Assembly: GCA_951406725.2 (NCBI GenBank)
Contig: OX597831.1
Coordinates: 77,810,001-77,874,000, forward strand
Direction: 5' to 3'
DNA: 64,000 bases
DNA from: Octopus vulgaris
Taxonomy: Eukaryota
Shown: one piece after another, positions 43,303 through 58,084 of the stretch
How positions within the stretch are numbered: position 1 is the first letter of the stretch
Layout: each line of letters starts with the position of its first letter
Translations under genes and position numbers: made by a program
Notes under the pieces: generated by a model
Told to the model about the DNA's origin: nothing
What the model saw: the letters and a program-made list of their open reading frames with translations, nothing else
Databases searched by the model: none

Positions 43303-43916
43303 CGTGTGTGTGTGTGTGTACATCGCAGCACGAAGCTTTGTCAGTGAACAGGTCGCGGTCTCAAAGCGACGAAAATATTTTAGCAAATTAAATTTAAATG
43401 TTGAAGTGAATCTATCGGTTTTTTTGTGTGCTTTTTAAATGGCTTATAAACCCCTTCCACGCTACACTTAGACATGTTTTCTGTTTAAGACTCTGACTAA
43501 GTCTGGGCAACGTCATACATTAGTTAAGACTGTTAGATCATTCGTTGTCCATTGTCATTGCGAAAGAAAGTGTATAAATCATATATTTTTATCAATCACC
43601 TTAAATCGAATGAGAAATGTCACGAAATATTACCTACGTTATAACTGATAGATTCATTTCGTTTTGTTGTTCTTGTTGTTGTTGTTGTTCTTCTTCTTCT
43701 TCTTCTTCTTTTCCTCCTTCTTTTCCTTCACCATCTTTTCCTCCTCCTCCCCTCCTCCTCCTCTTCCTTCTTCAATTTGCCTTTCATCTCTTTCTTTCGA
43801 GATCGATAAGTACCAGTCGCGCACTGGAATCGATGTAATCAGCTGACTCTCCACCCCACCTTACCCACCCAAAATGTTAGGCCTTATGCCCATAATAGAA
43901 ACGATTATTATTATTA

Positions 43917-43960
<44 letters not shown>

Positions 43961-44273
43961 GTGATTATTATTATCATTATTATTATTAATGTTGTTGTTG
44001 TTGTTGTTGTATTTTGGAGGTATATATTCAGAAACCAAATGCGACATAATCGCTGTCTTGTTAAACCATTAATACGTAAACTGGATTGGAGAGCCATTTC
44101 GGTAACCAAATTAGTTCGATATTTGTTGCTTTAATCGCTACCAAATACTACTTCTTTATATGTTGTTGTTTAACCCCTCAAGACTGTTTAGCCAAGGATG
44201 GAATGTCTTTCTATATAGAGTGTTTCAGACAGACCAATTTGATTGTGACATAATAATAATAATAATAATAATA

Positions 44274-44590
44274 GCGAGAACTGTTCCTGTTATTGTGGGA
44301 GTCCTAGGTATGATAAGAAAGAGGTCAGAAACAGCTAGATAAGATCCCAGGAGACCCATGCCTCAGAGAAATCAAAAGATTGTGCTGACAAGTACTGCCC
44401 ACATCCTTAGAAAAAAAACCTATTAATTTAAATGTATTTTTTGTATTACACGAAGATATTTCACTACAGTCCCAGCCACTTTCCCTCCCCAAGCTTTTAG
44501 TGATACTGTGACATCTATTATCCTCCACACGACCCAGGACGCCGGGTGTATCTCGGCGAGTGATTGTAACAAACATGCAGACTAAAATAA

Positions 44591-44592
<2 letters not shown>
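44274..44592 (+). mobile_element. R4/Dong-like non-LTR 3' end inside (TAA)n
   Basis: ARTVPVIVGVLGMIRK...KIPGDPCLREI/QKIVLTSTAHILRK (frameshifted) plus 3' UTR; (TAA)n on both sides. Confidence 0.75.
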
Positions 44593-44621
<29 letters not shown>

Positions 44622-45277
44622 GAAGGCCTGAAATTTAGAAGAAGGGATTATGTCGACCCCAGTGCGTAACTGGTAATTATTTGATCGACCCCGAAAGAGT
44701 GGAAGGTAAAGTCGACCGGGTGGAATTTGAAAACGTAGCTACAGATGAAATATCGCTGAGCATTTCATCCGGTGCTCTAACGATTCTGCCATCGTCATAA
44801 TGATGACGATGATGATGATAATGATGATGATGTATGAGCTTTTTGCCGAACGACCCACACAAATGATTTTTTTATTGGGATCAGATGTTCGTGCCGCTCA
44901 TTAGTTCGCTCTCTCTCCATTGTTGTCTGAACAGGTGCAGCATGTTCCACAAGTCTGGAGTCGTGAAGTGATCGCAGAACAAGGTGAGATGAAGTGTTTT
45001 GCTCAAGGACACAATGTACTACTCGACCTAGGAATTGAAACCACGATCAACTTTTTTGTAAAGTGTTATTATTTTTTCTTTTTGAAGTGCTTTTTCTCTG
45101 TAATATTTTGTCTTCAAGAGAGAGAGAGAGAGAGAGTTTACAAATATACTCAGAACTTTTTCATTCGGCTTTGGAGTTTTTAATTATGTTAAGTTAACCC
45201 TAAGCAAGAAAGTGCTGCTTTGAACCCCACCTCACCTAATTGCTCTGTTTGGTTTAACTGATTTTAAAGTTTCTCAG

Positions 45278-45665
45278 TCGTGGCTGTGTGGTAAGTAGCT
45301 TGCTTACCAACCACATGGTTCCAGGTTCAATCCCACTGCGTGGCACCTTGAGCAGGTGTCTTCTATTCTAATCTTGGGCCGACCAAAGCCTTGTAAGTGG
45401 ATTTAGTTGACGGAAACTGAAAGAAGCCCGTCGTACATATGTGTGTGTGTGTGTGTGAGTGTGTACGTCAGTGTTTCTTCCCCCCCACCTCGCTTGATCA
45501 ACCGATGCTGGTGTGTTTACATCGCCGTAACTTAGCAGTTCGGCAAAAGAGACTGATAGAATAAGTGCTAGGCTTACAAAGAATAAGTCCTGGAGTCGAT
45601 TTGTTCGACTGAAGGCGTTGCTCCAGCATGGCCACGGTCAAATGACTGAAACAAATGAAAGAATA
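45278..45665 (+). mobile_element. SINE family A, near full-length
   Basis: Matches the family consensus; internal (GT)n. Confidence 0.9.
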
Positions 45666-45699
45666 ATAGAGTCAGTGCAGAAACGATTACCAGATAAAG

Positions 45700-46290
45700 C
45701 TACTGGGATAATTCTTGTTTATTTCTGGATGAGAAATTAAGACTGGTTTACAGAAATCTTTGAATAGCTGGAGTTTTCACAATTTCTCGATGCTTCACAA
45801 CTGGATAAAAAAGGAGAGGACGATATATCAGATTACGACTTATTCACCTATACAAACCGCCATGAAAACTTAACGGATGATGTTTAAGTGCGCTTTAGGT
45901 ATATGTGAGTCCGTTAGTAGATCATTTATCCATCCGCACTGAAAAAGAAAATGTAGATACAGGGACTAACATTTTAGAGGAATTGATTGACACGAACTTG
46001 AATTTCTAGACAAAGGCATTGTTCTAATACAAAAGCTTTTGTGATTCTGGCGACCTGAAAATACTGCAAGCAAATACTTAAATATTTGGCTAGCTGATAA
46101 CGTTTTTATTTACATTTTCAAATTCATATATGGTCGAAACTGGATTAGGCCATATAAAAGCCTTGTTAGGTAAACAAAGAAGCAGGCTTTAAAATCGATG
46201 AACGTACTAATCTAGGATTAAAACACGAATATTCCTCGTAATATTCTTGCTATTGATAACAGTCGTGTAATCATTCCATCTCGTTTAGAA
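45700..46290 (+). pseudogene. Decayed hAT (Charlie/Buster-like) transposase C-terminus
   Basis: 46115-46189 FSNSYMVETGLGHIKALLGKQRSRL resembles the hAT dimerisation motif FPTxYLxExGFS...KxRxRL; upstream ILEELID; many stops. Confidence 0.7.
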
Positions 46291-47706
46291 CATTAATATT
46301 CTCAGGTAATAAAAGGTATTTTATGATATCTTTATACTTTGTAGTTATCTTCGATAAATTAGGTAACTTGGATATAAAATGAAAACCAATTTTCCTTCTG
46401 AAAAGTCTACATAAATATCTATAGAAATATCTTCAAGAGTTGTCCATTTCGGAATTTACTATTTCAAAATAGTAAAAAGGTATAAATGAAAGTTCTACTT
46501 CTTCGAAATACATAAATGGCTGCTTCTGAAAGCTTTAATATAGAGGGTCACATTACTTTTTATCACCTTTTAAATTCCAGATATATTTAGACAGTGAAGC
46601 AGTAAGATGTATTTCTGCATATTTGAGTATACACATGCTGCGGGAAGTTTTTTTCTTTTTCCTTTTACTTTTCTTTTTGTAATTTTTAAAAGTCTATCCA
46701 GTGAGCCTTAGATAACTTTTTATTCGCGTGTGTTAATGAACTTCTTCCTAATATCATTCATTATATGGTCATTCGTTCTACGCAAACTGAATAGTCCATC
46801 ATCACGATAATTACCACGTGGTTTCGAGCGAACCTTTTAACCACACAATTATGCCTACTCCTATATAAATATTTTTGCGTACACGAACACTCAAACATAA
46901 ACACATATACATCCAGACATATTAACATACATGTAAATTTACTGTATGTCAATCGCATAAGTGTGTGAATAAATGATCATTATTTAAACACGACGCGTGT
47001 TTTTTTCTCTCCGTTTCTTTGTCATCCTCTCTTTGTCTTCCTCTCTTTTTCTTTCCACCCACTCTTTCTTTCTCTCTTTCCTTCTCTCTCTCTCTCTCTC
47101 TTTTCATGTGTGCGTGTGCGTATGTGAGTGGAAGAAAACTAAGTATGCTTACGTCAATGACTCGTTACCGATTTATCTGCCCTCTGTGCCGAACCAGATA
47201 CACTAAACTGCAAAATATTACACAAAATGAAGGACGGGCAAGAAAAGAAAACAAAACCACGAATATAAAATAAAAAGGCTTCGTAAAAAAATGTTTCATT
47301 GATTTTTTTCTTTCTTTTTGTTCACTTCTCTCACATACTTATACACACAAACAAATACACGCATATAGTCACACACGTGCACGCACACACAAACACACAC
47401 ATGGTCGCAAATTCACCTCCTTTCCTAATGATTCACATAGACAACACAAACATACTAAGACACTAGCACTTAGTCTCTCTCTCTCTCTCTCTCTTAAGTA
47501 TCTTCTATATATTAGTGAAACAAAAGGCTATGAAAACAACAGCAACAACAGTAGAAATGACTATGGCGATGAAAAGAACAAAGACTATTGCATTTAGGAA
47601 CTGCATTACTCCTTTGACGAGTCGGCGAAGGAGCTAAAAATAACAAACAAATCAGATCTCTATCAAATCACCTCAACAGCAAATATCCTGTTATAAATAT
47701 TCTGCG

Positions 47707-47914
47707 TCGCGCTGGCAGAATCGTTAGCACGCTGGACGAAATGCTTAGCGGTCTTTCGCCCGTCGCTACGTTCTGAGTTCGAATTCCGCCGAGGTCGACT
47801 TTGCCTTTCATCCTTCCGGAGTTGATAAATTAAGTACCAGTTACATACTGGAGCCAATCTAATCGACTGGCCCCCTTCCCCAAAATTTCGGGCTTTGTGC
47901 CTAGGGTAGAAAAG
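47707..47914 (+). mobile_element. SINE family B, alternative tail
   Basis: TSD aatattctgcg at 47696-47706 and 47915-47925; tail ccccaaaatttcgggctttgtgcctagggtagaaaag. Confidence 0.88.
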
Positions 47915-48466
47915 AATATTCTGCGGCAAAATCCCAGTTCTGTAAGGATTATTACAAAACTGAAATAAATGGCAGAAGAAGGGGTTAGAGTCTTCTCTCT
48001 TACATTAGAGATTTCCTTACTTCTTTCAAAATGATTGTTAACAAACTTGGTAGGATATTGGGGATAGCGCTCATTTCTGAGTTAGATCATTGAAGCTGTC
48101 TCGTGTGGCCATGTAGTTGGAGATTGATAGGTCATAAAAGAAAGTAGGATTTGAATAAAGTTATCCTGGACATATTAAGTAGTAAAGAAAGTAGAAGGCG
48201 GGATTGGCATTGTTGGAACGCATTTGTCCGTAGGTTTTTCCTGGAACAAGATAAATGCTAGGTTAAAAGATGATAATAACAATCACAAGCGAAATGTTAG
48301 GTCTTGCTTCCGGAAATGGATATATACATATGTGTGAGCGTGTGAGTGTGTGTGTGCGCGTAAGTGCCCGCGTGTGTGTGTTTGTGCAAATATATACGCG
48401 TGTATATATGCATATATATGTTTGTATATATGTGTGTGTGTATGTGTTTGTATATACATGTGCATA

Positions 48467-48680
48467 CAGGAGTGGCTGTGTGGTAAGTAGCTTGCTACTC
48501 TGTATCATGCATTTATGGCAAAATTTTTGAAATAAAGTAGCTTGCTTACTAAACACATGGTTCCGGGTTCAATCCCACTGCGTAGCACTTTGGGCAAGTA
48601 TATTCTACTATAGCCTCGGGGCGACCAAAGCCTTGTGAGTAGATTTAGTAGATGGAATCTGAAAGAAGCCCGTCGTATAT
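48467..48680 (+). mobile_element. SINE family A 5' half running into (TGTA)n
   Basis: Head ggagtggctgtgtggtaagtagcttgct through gaagcccgtcgtata. Confidence 0.85.
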
Positions 48681-48689
48681 ATATATTTA

Positions 48690-48725
<36 letters not shown>

Positions 48726-49529
48726 TGTATGCATGTATGTATGTATGTATGTATGTATGTATGTATGTATGTATGTATGTATGTATGTATGTATGAATGT
48801 ATGCATGCATGCATGTATGTATGTATGTATGTATGTATGTATGATGTATGTATGTATGTATGTATGCATGCATGTATGTATGTATGTGTGTGTGTATGTA
48901 TGTATGTATGTGTGTGTGTGTACAAGGGAAAGCTGGTGGTAAAAATTCAATGAACAATTAAGTCAATGCCTTATAGTCAATGCCTTAAGATATACTAGAG
49001 CGCCTAACAGTTAAGTCCTACAGAAAACTACACACAATAAAGAAGTTCATTACACAAGCAAAAACCCGCTTTCATCGTTATTTTTGCATATCTTTACGTC
49101 TGCTAACGTTTGTTTAGTCTTGCATGAAGCCTCATATGCCCAGGAAAAATTTTCAACATTCATATGTATTTATCATACAGTAACTATGGTGGTGTTTCAC
49201 TAGTTATCAAAACGTCTATAACAAATTTCTCGGGGTATTTGATCCTGATTATATGTTCCGGGAATAAACACAGCCAAAGTCAATATTGTTACACATCTCT
49301 CCAGCAGCCAATACCACAAAATACTGTCAAATATTTGAATTATATTTAATTGATTAAGAATTCAAAAGTATAGAAATTCTAGTCTTCTGCCTATGATAAG
49401 AACAATCGTTATATTATACCTGTCTCGTAGACTGGTCAGATACAAGCACGCTGTCTTCTAAAACATATAAATACGCACATATATAAATTCACACGTATAT
49501 ATACGGATACATGCATGCAAATACAGATG

Positions 49530-49592
<63 letters not shown>

Positions 49593-50110
49593 TTTATTCA
49601 AAGGAATTCCAGCTCTGTCTGTTTTTTATGTTTTATTTATATTCTTCATAATATTAATGTAGAATATAGAATCTATAGTATAAATAGTATATATTGTGTA
49701 AAATGAAATGAAGTATTGATTGTCTTATTGAATAGATGAAATATTGAATATCAAATATTAAGGGACTAGTATACTTTCTTGCGTTTAAGCAGTCTTCAAG
49801 GTCCCAGGTTGTGACAGGAATTATTCAACTGTATATATATATATGTATACATGTTTCAAAATTGTACAAAAAGGAAACAAAAATGAAAAGACCGAGACAG
49901 GAGAAAAGGCGGCAAATGAGGTGTATTAGTTTGAAGCTGAATAAGAATAAAAGGGGCTTTGACGTTTCGAGCCTACGCTCTAAAAAAACGAGGAATGAAA
50001 GGAGAAAAAAGATGGAGTGAGGGAGAAAATGTAGAGAGAAAAACACGTGTCTAGATTAACGGTTATATAGATATGTATATATGTATGTGTGTGTGTGTAT
50101 GTGTGTGTGT

Positions 50111-50405
50111 GTGGAGGTGCAATGGCCCAGTGGTTAGGGCAGCGGAATCGCGGTTTCGATTTCCAGACCGCTGTGTGTGTTTATTGAGCGAAAACACCTA
50201 AAAGCTCCACGATGCTCCAGCAGTGGGTGGTGACGACCTCTGTTGTACCCTTTTGCCACAACTTTCTCTCACTCTCTCTTCCTGTTTTTTTTAATGACGC
50301 TGCGATGGACTAGCGTCCCGTCCAGCTGGTGGGAACACATACGCCACAGAAACCGGGAAACCGGACCCATGAGCCTGGCTAGGCCTGAAAAGGGGCGACG
50401 TTTAT
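50111..50405 (+). mobile_element. SINE family C head with V-like tail (type b)
   Basis: gtggaggtgcaatggcccagtggttagggcagcgg plus gctgcgatggactagcgtcccgtccagc. Confidence 0.8.
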
Positions 50406-50951
50406 CGTTATATATATATGTACACATAAACCTGGGTCTCTGCGTTACGAGGGACACAATTCTTGATTCGGGGTTTCAAAGGATTTATTTATTCATCAAT
50501 CTGTCTCTCTAGAATGTCTCTGATATACATATGTTTATGCAAAAATGTGTGTGCACGCGTGAGTGTATATATATATATATATATATATGCGCAGTATATG
50601 CATATGTATGCGCGTGTTGTCGTACATAAAGGTTATGTATATGTCTGTGTGTCCTGTTGACATAGACTAGATGATACATATGTAAGTACGCGACATTTAT
50701 CTGAGCCAGACATCCTTCATATTAACCCTCTCACCGCGGTTTTTTCCTTCTTCTCAACAAATAAATTACAAACTCCTACACACTCTATCGTACAATTGTA
50801 ATTCCTTTCTCTATCTCTCTCTCTTCCTCACTCTCTCTTTCTATCTCTCTCTCTTCCTCTCTCTCTCTCGCTCATTCTCTCTTTTATATATATTTATACA
50901 TATATGTGTGTATATATAATATATATATATATTTATATATATGTATATATG

Positions 50952-51001
<50 letters not shown>

Positions 51002-51681
51002 GTATTACTTAAACTATATATATATATATATATAATATATATATATATATATTATATATATATATATTTATATTTTATATATATATATTTATATATTATA
51101 TATATATATATATATACATATATGTGTGTGTATGTATATATATACACACCCGGATTTCTGCTCTGTTTCTTCACATCATTAAAATATTCTTTCGTATTCT
51201 TTCAGTTTCTTCGTTTTCTATTAGTGATTGATAAAACAACAACAACAACAACAACAGCAACAACAAAAAACTTCCACATAAAACACACCCACCGATACAC
51301 ACACACACACACACACACACAGAAGAATTCCCATTCATCTAAATGGTTTTTACTAAGCTTCACTGATCAAATACCTTTCACCTAGACAGAAAAAGACAAA
51401 CTTGCTTCAACCGCCACCCGAACCCTTCACACACGTGCGCGCGCTCACGGGCACCTGCGCACACGCGCGCACACAAATTTGTTTTAATTATTCTGATTTG
51501 TGGGTATATTAGTGTGTATATGCCTGTATGCACTTATTGTGTTTATGTATGTTTGTCTACATGAATATGTGTTTGTCTTCATAAATGTAACTTTTTCTGT
51601 CTATTTCTCTGTCTGTCTGTCAGCCTCTCTGTGTTTATCTCTCTCTCTCTCTCTCTCTCCCTATCTATCTATCTATCTAGC

Positions 51682-52386
51682 ATAACATGTGACTTCATTG
51701 ACCGAGGTTACCGTGGTCTTTTCCGTAGGCTTTTCTTTCCACGGGTAAACCTCACCTGTCCTCCCCTTTACACTTCATATTGACATTTCTGTGATAACGA
51801 TCCCTATTGATCCAATTTTTTTCCTTCACCTTTCCTCCCCTTTTTTTTTCTTTTATCACCCCCCCTTTTTTGTCCTCTTTCTTTCCATTTACGATCCCTT
51901 TTGATCGAAAACCAAACCCCCTTCTTTTACTCCCAAAAGAAAAGCTCTACCATGTAATTTTGTCCTGTCTGTGTGCAGCCCTGTGTGGCTAATAAAGAAA
52001 CATATCTATCTATCTATCTATCCATCTATCTGTGGTAACATATAACAATATTGACCGAGGTTACCGTGGTCTTCTTCGTAGGCTTTTCTTCCCTCGGATA
52101 AACCTTATCTGCTTCCCCCTTTACACCGTACATCATGACACTGTGATACACGATCCCTATTGATCGTTTCTTTTTTCCTCTTCCCCTTTTTTCCTCTTTT
52201 TTCTTCTTTTTTCTTTTTCTTTTCTTTTGCTTCTTTTCCTTTTTTCTATCCTTTTTTTCTTTTTCCCTTTTACGATCCCTTTTGATCGAAAACCCACGCC
52301 ACTTTTTTTTTTCATCCCCCAAAAGAAAAGCTCTACCTTGTAATTTGTCCCATCTGTGTGCAGCCCTGTGTGGCCAATAAAGAAAC

Positions 52387-52465
<79 letters not shown>
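51682..52465 (+). mobile_element. Two tandem copies of a 320-350 bp element with (TATC)n tail
   Basis: Copies at 51682-52002 and 52036-52385 share ttgaccgaggttaccgtggtc...gcagccctgtgtggc.aataaagaaa; third copy at 60025-60337 (-). Confidence 0.85.
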
Positions 52466-52721
52466 AGTATGTTTGTATCTCTCTTTCTGTCTCTCTGTCT
52501 CTGTCTCTCTGTCTCTTTCTCTCTGTCTCTTTCTCTCTCTTTCTCTCTCTTTCTCTCTCTTTCTCCCTTTATCTCTGTTTCTTTCTGTCTCTCCATCTTT
52601 AGCTATCCATGATGAAAATACCTAGATGGGTGTATGTAGACACTTACAGTTATTTAGATTGCATTTGCAATTCATATATCCAGTTATGAAACAGAACGTG
52701 TACTTTTGTGTGCAAGTGTGC

Positions 52722-52768
<47 letters not shown>

Positions 52769-52950
52769 TAAGAGAAAAAGAGGGAAAGAGACAGCCGAGA
52801 GACAGACAAACCATTTGAATCTCTTACAATGCTTTTGAACTTCAAAACTTGAAATCCCAAATCTGTACTATAACTTGTAACATATGCGTTACCGAGCTGT
52901 TGGATTGTGGAATTTATAAAAGGCAGAGTCTGCAACTACTGCTGCTGCTG

Positions 52951-53014
<64 letters not shown>

Positions 53015-53210
53015 GTATATATGTTCCGAAATAATGTGAACTTAACTTTGTGTGTGTGGGTGTGAAATCAAATATGTGCTTGCAATGTGTTCACTTTGTC
53101 TGTCTGTGTGCCTGCCTGCCTGTCAGTCTGTTTGTCTGTCAGTCTGTCTGTCTCTGTCTGTATCTGTTTCTCTCTCACTCTCTCTCATATTCACACACAC
53201 ACACACACAC

Positions 53211-53268
<58 letters not shown>

Positions 53269-53503
53269 ATATTTGGAAGACGAAAACTGAAAGATGGTCG
53301 TCATATGTGTGTGTGTGTGTGGTTGTACCCCATCACCACTTGTCAACCGATATCTTTTTCTTTAAGGCTTCTTAACTTAGCGGTTCGCTAAAAACAACCG
53401 ACAAAATAAGTAGCAGTCTTTAAAGCAACAGATACTGGAATCGATTCATTCAGCTGAAAACCGTTATGATTATGCTCTAGCCACAAAAGAAAAAATACCT
53501 GCA

Positions 53504-53949
53504 CCGTCGTATATATGTATATGTATGTGTGTGTATGTGTGTGTGCGTGTGTGTGTGTGTGTGTGTGTTTGTCTGTCTGTGTTTGTCCCCCCCAACAGCG
53601 CTTGACAACCTATGCTGGTGTGTTTACGTCCCCATAACTTAGCGGTTCGGCAAAAAGAGACTGATAGAATATGTACAAGGCTTACAAAGAATAAGACCTG
53701 GGGTCGATTTGCTCGACTAAAAGGCGTTGCTCCAGCATGGCCTCAGTCAATGGCTGAAACAAGTAAAAGAGTAAAAGAGCGAGAGAGAGTAAAGAGAGCA
53801 CCATATGAATGAAATTGACTCGACGGATATTGTACTGAAGCCTTTAACGCGGATTCCGTCTGCGTATTACACAAAGGCTGCATCTGCCAGTGAAATATAT
53901 TATCTACATGTCTGCCAGTCTGTCTGCATATATATATCTGTCTCTCCAT

Positions 53950-54012
<63 letters not shown>

Positions 54013-54188
54013 TACACACATAGATACATATATTCTGTTATTCTTTTATTCTTTTGTTTTGTCTTCATAAGAGACCGATAGAATATGTACTAGGCTTACA
54101 AAGAATAAGTCCTGGGTGGGGGTCGGGGGTCGATTCGTTCGACTAAAAGCGGTGCTCCAGCATGGCCGCAGTCGAATGACCGAAACAG
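53504..54188 (+). mobile_element. SINE family A 3' halves (53504-53796 and 54070-54188)
   Basis: Match the family consensus. Confidence 0.8.
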
Positions 54189-54685
54189 CCATCTTTATCT
54201 GAAGGTGTGTGTATGTGTGTGTGTGCAGGTTTGTGTGGCAGTTCTTTTTTTGTTTTTTTAATTATTTTTATTTACTTTCCATTAACCTTTATTTGAAGGT
54301 TTTTAAGGCAATTTGCTTCGGTCAACACGCTGATTAGATTCGATTGGTTGATCGAAATCACGTGATATACACAAATAAATGTGCGTCCATGAAGTCGGTA
54401 ATTTCTTCTTCTGAGTTTCCTTCATTTCTCCTCTTCCAGCTCCTCCGATTTCTTCTTCTTCTTCTTCTTCTTCTTCTTCTTCTTCTTCTTCTTCTTCTTC
54501 TTCTTCTTCTTCTTCTTCTTCTTCTTCTTCTTCTTCTTCTTTTCTTCTTCTTCTTCTCTTTCTCCTCCTCCTTCTGATACTCAACCTCCTCTACCTCCTC
54601 CTGATCCTCTACCTCCTCCTCCTCCTCCTCTATCCTCTACCTCCTCCTCCTCCTCCTCATTCTCCTGATCCTCCTCCACCTCAAT

Positions 54686-54731
<46 letters not shown>

Positions 54732-54830
54732 AACCACCACCACCACCACTACTACTACTTACTACTTGTTATCGTTATAACTGCAACCTGAATGTTTACC
54801 TTATGTCTGTCCCTAAACGCAACACACACA

Positions 54831-54861
<31 letters not shown>

Positions 54862-55215
54862 TTCAGCCATTCTTCTCTCACTTGTCTACCAGATCACTTT
54901 CCTCTGCATTTGTTATTTTACCATGATGGCTGATGTCCTGTGCCATGTAATAGTCTGGGCAGAGGCCGTTCCGATCGACCATGTTATTTCAGTTTATTAC
55001 ACTTTAGTCTCTTATGTTCTTTCCCGTTTGTCTTCTTGTTCTTGTTGTTGTTGTGGTTATCCTCGAATACGATTGGATGTTTGCGGTCGCTTTGATTCGA
55101 TGTTTATCTGGTACTTGTTCATGTCCTTTGTTGATACATCTACCTAACCATCTATCTATTTATCTATCTGTCTGTCTCCATCTGTATATATGTGTGTGTA
55201 TATGTGTATATGTAG

Positions 55216-55252
<37 letters not shown>

Positions 55253-56021
55253 ACGTGTGTATGTGTATTATGTAAGTATTATGTATACGTGTGTTTATCC
55301 TCACAAATACCGCTTAACTACCGATGTTGGTTTGTCTACGTCCCGTAGATCTTCGGTAAAAGACACCGATAGAATAAGTAGCAGGCTTAAATTTAAGTAC
55401 AGAGGGCAATTTGTTCGGTTAAAATGAGTAAGCCTGCGACGGACCGGCGTTTCATCCAGGTGGGGAATATATACGTCATGAAATCGGGAAACCGGCCCTG
55501 GTGAGTCGGTATAACACGAGAAGGTACCTTTACTTTTTTACTTTCCGAGTTATAGGTCAAACTAGAATCTCTTATTCACCTTCTTAGATCTGCCAACTTT
55601 TCGATTCAAATTCATCAAATAATAAAAAAAAAAGGCCAAAAGAGGAAATAACAGGTTTGAGGACCAATTTTGGCGTGCATTGGGGTACGACCCCATGTAG
55701 TTTTCTTATGTTCTGTTCTTTGGGTTTCTCCTTGTATTTCACTTCATACTTTTGTGGATGGGCGTATTTCTGTCGAGAAACATCGCTCTAGCTTCAATTC
55801 ATTTTGAAAATAACAAAGAATTTCCTTAAACACATTTGTCATTACCAAACTTGTATTTGCAGCAGAATTTAAGATAAAAATTTTTATGGAAGGTTTTAAT
55901 TTAGATCACTTGAACCCTTTTGTTGCCATACTTCTTTTCAAATACACCGCATTTGCGTCAATATTCTTGAAAATTATGATGAATATAGTGCGCAAATTTG
56001 TCATTATTAAGTTAGTATTCG

Positions 56022-56840
56022 TGGTCGATAAATTAAGTACCAGTTGCGTATTGGGGTCGATGTAATCGATTATCACCCTCCCTCAAAATTTCAGGCCTTA
56101 TGCCTATAATAGAAAGGATTATTAAGCTGATATTTTAAGACGGTGAGCTGGACAAAATGCTTGGCGGTATTTCGCCCGTCCCTACGCTCTGAGTTCCAAT
56201 TTCGCTGAGATCGACTTTGCCTTTCATCATTTCGAGATCGATAAATTAAGTACCAGTGAAACACTGGGGTTGATGTAAATGACTAGTCCCCTCCCCTAAA
56301 TTTCAGGCCTTGTGCCAACAGTAAAAAAGATTATTAAGCAGAATGTGTACCATAAAACCAGGAGCGGTTACAAACAGGTTGGTTTATGATGAACAAAACA
56401 TTTACTAATTATAGGAATTATCCTGTCTGTAGAATCGAATTAAGTGAAGGCACATAGCTTCTTGGGTAGGGTATTGGGTTCATGATCGTACAGTTGTAAG
56501 TTCGATTCCCGACGGCGCGTTGGGTCTCTTGAGCAAAACACTTTATTTCACGTTATTCCAGTTCCCTCAGCTGGCAAAATTAAGTTGTAATTCAAAGGGT
56601 CAGTCATGTCATATCCTTTATTTTTTGTTTGCTTTTATACTCTAGGCACAAGGCCCGAAATTTTGGGGGAGGGGCCCAGTCGATTAGATCGACCCCAGTA
56701 CGCAACTGGTACTTAGTTTATCGACTCCGAATGGATGAAAGACAAAGTCGACCTCCGCGGAATTTGAACTCAAAACGTAAAGACAGACGAAATACTGCTA
56801 AGCATTTCGCCCGGCGTGCTAACGTTTCTGCCAGCGCGCC
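56022..56840. mobile_element. Cluster of SINE B (56022-56120 +, 56138-56330 +, 56635-56840 -) and SINE D (56446-56610 +)
   Basis: Family motifs as above. Confidence 0.8.
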
Positions 56841-57137
56841 TTATTATTATTATTATTATTATGCAAAATCAATAATTAATGATGATAATAATAACAACAA
56901 CAGCAACAATAATGATGATGATCACCTTGAATGTCATACAAAGTTAACCGGAAATAAATGGTGAAGAATCATTCATGCTGCTCACAAACAATATTTGTAT
57001 GAATACAAAGCGTGCGATAGCAACAGTAACCAGTCACATATATCTATAGTATATTCATGTGTCTCCTGTGTGTGGAGGCATATCTATCTATCAGTCTATC
57101 GATCGATCGATCGATCTATCGATTTATCAATCTATCA

Positions 57138-57172
<35 letters not shown>

Positions 57173-57278
57173 GATCGATCGATCGATTTATCAATCTATC
57201 AATCTATCTGTCTGTCTGTCTGTCTATGTATCTGTGTATCTATATATCTATCAATCTATCTATCTACCTACCTACCTC

Positions 57279-57386
<108 letters not shown>

Positions 57387-57519
57387 TACATAAATATATA
57401 TATATATATATACACGCACACGCACGCACACACATTCACACACTCAAACACAAAAACACACACATATATAAATGAAAGTCGAGTTTTCTGGAACGGATGA
57501 TACATACATATATGTATAC

Positions 57520-57550
<31 letters not shown>

Positions 57551-58084
57551 CATGCATGTATGTATGTATGTATGTATGTATGTATGTATGTATGTATGTA
57601 TGTATGTATGTATGCATGCATGCATGCATGCATGCATGTATGTATGTATGTATGTATGTATGCATGCATGCATGCATGCATGTATGTATGTATGTATGTA
57701 TGTATGTATGTATGTATGTATGTATGTATGTATGCATGTATGTATGTATGCACGTGTGAATATATGTGTGTATGTATGTTTGTAAGCCGCTTTTTTTTCT
57801 GGCTGACTCCTGAACTTTCTTCTAGTATCCGACGATAATTAGTTGGATAATTAGTTGGCAAAATAAAGAAGTAGCAATGAAACAGTGCGTGTGTTTATCT
57901 GAATTTTCATTGACGTAATGAACATCCCTAGTCACAAAATTTACTTAATATTTCTTCTGCATAACTCTCTTTTCTTGCTTGAACGTTACCATAAAATTAT
58001 TAACTGTGAATGCACCCTGAACTTTGATATACATGTGTGTGTGTGTGTATGTGTATGTGTATATATATATTCTTCTTTTTTCTT

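Noticed and set aside
48078-48100. bantam-like microRNA (agatcattgaagctg)
   Set aside because: Incomplete match and no precursor hairpin
47960-48250. Second Penelope-like RT relic on the minus strand
   Set aside because: Only faint motif similarity (QEKPTDK, ERYP); too decayed to call
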